64,000 nt of DNA from NCBI GenBank assembly GCA_963773815.1, contig CAVZCI010000016.1, positions 13,569-77,568 on the forward strand. Reading direction: 5' to 3'. This DNA is from an uncultured Acidobacteriota bacterium. GTDB lineage: Bacteria; Acidobacteriota; Thermoanaerobaculia; UBA5066; DATFVB01. The notes below the pieces were generated by a model that saw only the letters and a program-made list of their open reading frames with translations, was not told the origin of the DNA and made no database searches. The translations under genes and the position numbers were made by a program. Below are positions 55,989-64,000 of the stretch, in pieces (the stretch's first letter is position 1; each line of letters opens with the position of its first letter).

Positions 55989-56785
55989 TCGCGGCCGGCT
56001 CGATTCCGATGTTTCTCCTCGGCCACTATCACCTGAGCTGGCGCGACGCCCTGGACATCGCGATCGTCGCGATCGTCATCTACAACCTCTTTCTTCTCGT
56101 TCGCGGAACGCGGGCGATCCAGATGATCCTCGGACTGCTCGTCATTCTCACGATCTACTGGATCGCCGCGCTGCTCAAGCTGTCGACCCTGCGCGGCGTT
56201 CTGAAGGAAGTTCTGTTCTACCTGCCGCTCGCGATCATCGTTCTGTTCGCCGCCGAAATCCGCAAGGCGCTCCAACAGTTCGGGCGAAATCCCTTCCTCG
56301 CGTTCGTCTCCGGCTCGGAGACCGAGGACGTCGTTTCCGACGTCGTGCTCGCGGCGACTTCGCTCTCCGCCAAAAGCATCGGGGCGCTGATCGCGATCGA
56401 GCGGCGGGACGGCCTGAAGACGTACATCGAGAACGGCGTGCGCCTCGATGCGGCCATCTCGTACGAGCTGCTCGTCAACATCTTCGTTCCGGGAACGCCT
56501 CTCCACGACGGCGCCGTCATCGTCTCCGGAAACCGGGTCGCCGCCGCGTCGTCGTTTCTTCCTCTCACCCAGCGGACGGGCCTGCCGAAGGAATACGGAA
56601 CGCGGCACCGGGCGGCGATCGGGCTCTCCGAGGAAACCGACGCCGTCGTCGTCGTGATCTCCGAAGAGCGCGGAAGCATCTCGCTCGCGCGCGACGGCCT
56701 GCTCACGGACGGTCTCGACGGGAAATCGCTCCGCGAGGCGCTCGCGCACCTCGCCTCCCGCGCCCCCGAGGTCGCCCCGGCATGA
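55985..56785 (+). CDS. cdaA: diadenylate cyclase CdaA
   Basis: Three N-terminal TM helices and a DAC domain (GALIAIER..., LHDGAVIV, GTRHRAAIGLSE..DAVVVVISEERG). It overlaps the folP stop as ATGA. Confidence 0.92.
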   Translation: MIAAGSIPMFLLGHYHLSWRDALDIAIVAIVIYNLFLLVRGTRAIQMILGLLVILTIYWIAALLKLSTLRGVLKEVLFYLPLAIIVLFAAEIRKALQQFGRNPFLAFVSGSETEDVVSDVVLAATSLSAKSIGALIAIERRDGLKTYIENGVRLDAAISYELLVNIFVPGTPLHDGAVIVSGNRVAAASSFLPLTQRTGLPKEYGTRHRAAIGLSEETDAVVVVISEERGSISLARDGLLTDGLDGKSLREALAHLASRAPEVAPA

Positions 56786-57426
56786 AGCGCTGGCTCCTTC
56801 AGAACCTCGGCTGGAAATTGCTCGCGCTCGCGCTTTCGGTCTTTCTGTGGTTCTCGCTGTCGGGCCAGCGGCGCGAACGGGTTTCCGAGCGCGGGTACGT
56901 GATTCCGCTGACGGTCGTCAACGTTCCGCCGCAGATGGTGATCGCCTCGAGCATTCCGGATTCTGTCGACGTCCGCCTGAAGGGCCCTTTCACGTCCATC
57001 CGGCTCGCCGACCCGTCGAAAATGGAGGCCGTCATGGATCTCTCCGGGGGCGAGCCGGGAGAGCGCATCTACAAGCTTTCGGGGGACGACATCAACGCGC
57101 CGGAGGATCTCGAGGTGATCGGCATCTCGCCCAACGCCGTTCGACTCCAGCTCCAGAAGCTCGTCGAGCGCAGCGTCGCGATCGTTCCGCGGCTTCAGCC
57201 TCCGGCGGCGGATGCCTCGACCGCGGTGGACCCTCCCCGGGCGAGGATCGCGGGACCGGAAAACGAGGTTTCGCGGATCTCGATGGTCGCGACCGATCCG
57301 ATCTCTCTCGCGGGGCGCCCGGCCGATTTCACGACGCCCGCGACGCTCGTGGCCGAGCCGAACATCCGAATTCTCGAACCGCGCGGAATCGTCTCGGTGC
57401 GCGTCCGGCGCAAGAAATCCGAATGA
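56782..57426 (+). CDS. cdaR: YbbR-domain protein (CdaA regulator CdaR)
   Basis: An N-terminal TM segment and YbbR-like repeats. It holds the conserved position between cdaA and glmM. Confidence 0.75.
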   Translation: MKRWLLQNLGWKLLALALSVFLWFSLSGQRRERVSERGYVIPLTVVNVPPQMVIASSIPDSVDVRLKGPFTSIRLADPSKMEAVMDLSGGEPGERIYKLSGDDINAPEDLEVIGISPNAVRLQLQKLVERSVAIVPRLQPPAADASTAVDPPRARIAGPENEVSRISMVATDPISLAGRPADFTTPATLVAEPNIRILEPRGIVSVRVRRKKSE

Positions 57427-58751
57427 AGCTTTTCGGGACCGACGGCATCCGCGGCGAGGCGGGGGAGTTTCCTCTCGACGATTCGACGATTTTCCGGGTC
57501 GGGCGCCTGCTCGCCACCGAGCTGCGGGACAACCGGAACGTGATCGTCGGAGGGGACACGCGGGAGAGCACTCCCCGGCTCCTCGCGGCGATCGCGGCCG
57601 GCCTCTCGGCGGGGAGAGCCGGCGTCGAGAACGCGGGGACCGTCCCGACGCCCGCCGTCGCGGATCTCGTCCTGGAGCGAAAGGCCGCGGCGGGGATCTC
57701 GATTTCCGCGTCCCACAATCCGTGGCGAGACAACGGCGTCAAAATCTTCGCCGGGGACGGGCGAAAATGGCCGGACGACGGAGAGCGCGAAATCGAAGCG
57801 GGTCTCGCGGAAGCGGGCGAGCCCCTGCCCCCGCCCCCGTGGAATCCGCCGGCCGTCGATCCCGCTCTTGCCGGCCTCGCGCTTCGGCGGCTCGCTCCCG
57901 CCGCTCCCGGCGGCCTGCCGGGGTTTCCCGTTCTCCTCGACTGCGGCAACGGCGCGGCATTCGAGCTCGGGCCTCGCGCCTTTCGTGCGGCCGGCGCCCG
58001 CGTCGAAGCGATCGCGGCCGAGCCGGACGGCCGGAACATCAACGAGAACTGCGGGGCGCTCCATCCCGAGAACCTCGCTTCGCGCCTCGCGGGATCCGGC
58101 GCCCGGATGGGAGCCGCGTTCGACGGCGACGCCGATCGCGCGATTCTGTGCGACGAGAAGGGCCGCATTCTCGACGGGGACGACGTTCTCTGGATCCTCG
58201 CGCGGGTCGAAAAGCGCGCGGGACGCCTCGATCCCCCCGTCGTCGTGGGAACGGTCCTGTCGAATTTCGGGCTCGAAACCGCGCTCGCGAGCGAAGGGAT
58301 CTCGCTCGAGCGCGCGCCGGTCGGCGACCGGAACGTCGTGCGCCGCATGCAGGAAACGGGGGCCTGGCTCGGCGGCGAGCCTTCGGGCCACGTGATTCAG
58401 CGGCGGCTCTGCCCCACCGGCGACGGCATTCGGACGGCGCTTTCGATCGCCGCGATCGTCCTTCAATCGGGCACCGAGCTCTCGCGCCTCGCGGACCTCG
58501 TCAAGACTCCCCAGATTCAAAGAAACGTTCGCGTCGCGCGGCGCGTTCCGCTCGACGAGATCGCGATCCTCGCGTCGGAGGTCGCCCGCGCGGAACAGGA
58601 GCTCGCCGGCCGCGGGCGGGTGCTCCTGCGCTACTCCGGGACGGAACCGCTCCTTCGGGTCATGGTCGAAGGCGAAGACGCCGCACAGGTTTCCGCGAGC
58701 GCGGCTCGTCTGTGCGAAGTCGCGGAGCGGGAGCTCGGCGTTCGGAGCTAA
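57423..58751 (+). CDS. glmM: phosphoglucosamine mutase
   Basis: Contains KLFGTDGIRG, the active-site sequence ISASHNPWRDNG, and DGDADR. Confidence 0.93.
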   Translation: MKLFGTDGIRGEAGEFPLDDSTIFRVGRLLATELRDNRNVIVGGDTRESTPRLLAAIAAGLSAGRAGVENAGTVPTPAVADLVLERKAAAGISISASHNPWRDNGVKIFAGDGRKWPDDGEREIEAGLAEAGEPLPPPPWNPPAVDPALAGLALRRLAPAAPGGLPGFPVLLDCGNGAAFELGPRAFRAAGARVEAIAAEPDGRNINENCGALHPENLASRLAGSGARMGAAFDGDADRAILCDEKGRILDGDDVLWILARVEKRAGRLDPPVVVGTVLSNFGLETALASEGISLERAPVGDRNVVRRMQETGAWLGGEPSGHVIQRRLCPTGDGIRTALSIAAIVLQSGTELSRLADLVKTPQIQRNVRVARRVPLDEIAILASEVARAEQELAGRGRVLLRYSGTEPLLRVMVEGEDAAQVSASAARLCEVAERELGVRS

Positions 58752-59435
58752 GTTTCCCGGAAGATCGTGTCGTGCGGCTTCGAGCGCTCGCTCTCCGGGC
58801 GCCCGTTCGAGTAGTAGTAGAACGACACCGATTTTCGCGACATCCCGGCCGGGCACGCGAGAGGCCGCGGGTGGCCGTGAAACGAAAAATCCGTCGTCGA
58901 AAAGACGACCGTGCGGTTGAAGATCGGAAGAATCTTCTGCACGCACCGCGTCATGTCCCGGTCCCACAGCTCCAGTTGGCCGCCGTATTCTTCTTTCCAG
59001 TCCCGGTTCAGGTAGACGAGCGCGTTCAATCGCCGGTCGAGCTGGAGGATCGGGTGCCAGTTGAAGTCCGCATGGACCTTCAGGAATCCTCCCGGAAGGA
59101 TCTGGTGCGGCCCGCCTCCCCCGAAGTACGGGTCGGGGACCAATCCCGGGATTCCCGTCGAGCTTTTCGAGGAACTCGAGCACGCGCCACGAATTCATGA
59201 ATTCCATGAATGCCTGAATCCGCGGCCCGACGACGCTCGTGCGGTGGTCGTAGCCGAGCTTCTTCTCTTCCGCGTTGTCGAACGTCCGCCAGCCCGGCTC
59301 CTCGGCCGGGGGAAATTCCGAGAGAACGCCGTCCAGCTCCGAATCGGGGAACAAACCGTCGAGAACGATGTGCGGGAACGGCTCGGCCGAGACGTATCGG
59401 CTCTGGAGGTCGAATGGATCGGCGAAAAGCTTCAA
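58748..59435 (-). CDS. 2OG-Fe(II) oxygenase (prolyl-4-hydroxylase-like) family protein; apparent frame break near 59150
   Basis: The N-terminus ...SAEPFPHIVLDGLFP... is in one frame. LKVHADFNWH...LNALVYLN..W...GG.LELW...NR.V.F..T..S.HG is in the other. Confidence 0.65.
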
Positions 59436-59453
59436 CGCCGGCGACGCGCCCTA

Positions 59454-59670
59454 GCGCTCGATCACGTCGGAGAGCGTGCCGGTCTCGTCTTCGGGCTCGT
59501 TGAAGATGAGGCCCGGTCTGGGAAATCGGGGCGAACACGGTGTGCTGGCGGCCGGAGAATTCCATCCAGAGCTCGTAATAGCCGTTCGGCAGAATCGCGA
59601 CGAGCGTCGCGGGCTTGTTCTTGATCTCCATCGCGGGCGAAAAGACGATGACCTTCGAGGGCAAGTCCAT
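59454..59670 (-). CDS. small hypothetical protein (~71 aa) downstream of the sigma54 activator; apparent frame break near 59515
   Basis: The strong RBS GGAAGGAGAAATCATC precedes the ATG. Translation gives MDLPSKVIVFSPAMEIKNKPATLVAILPNGYYELWMEFSGRQHTVFAPISQTG / LIFNEPEDETGTLSDVIER*. Confidence 0.4.
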
Positions 59671-59694
59671 GATGATTTCTCCTTCCCGCCCTCG

Positions 59695-64000
<4,306 letters not shown>

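Overview
This is a GC-rich (~68-70% by eye) bacterial chromosomal segment. The gene content (Ser/Thr kinase-beta-propeller fusions, TPR proteins, FHA-GAF-cyclase) points to an Acidobacteriota-like organism, but that is inference only. The window is almost entirely core housekeeping. It holds the hrcA-grpE-dnaK-dnaJ-prmA chaperone operon, secA-guaB, tilS-hpt-ftsH-folP-cdaA-cdaR-glmM, purB, ligA, rarA, carD, comM and thiD. It also holds an arginine deiminase operon (arcA-arcC-arcB) and two tRNAs (Gln-UUG, Leu-CAA). Accessory content is limited: a PIN/Phd toxin-antitoxin pair plus rmuC in a lower-GC patch, an orphan DUF433 gene, two tandem kinase-propeller paralogs, and a degenerate GGDEF protein. 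I found no CRISPR array, integrase, transposase or prophage. I could not identify a clear multi-gene novel system. The best leads are: (1) an MglA-type Ras-like GTPase with a ~260-aa C-terminal extension and no recognisable MglB partner; (2) a 273-bp imperfect palindrome with 23-bp termini between comM and an M23 peptidase gene; (3) a family of short hairpin repeats in several intergenic regions; (4) a 460-bp structured intergenic region upstream of rlpA; (5) a 54-aa Cys-rich ORF overlapping the purB start; and (6) an SthA ORF running in frame into a DUF429-like domain. One caveat affects everything: roughly two dozen frame breaks interrupt well-conserved genes, including essential ones. These look like assembly indel errors rather than real pseudogenes. 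Many long ORFs in the supplied track are Arg-rich out-of-frame or antisense shadows of real genes.
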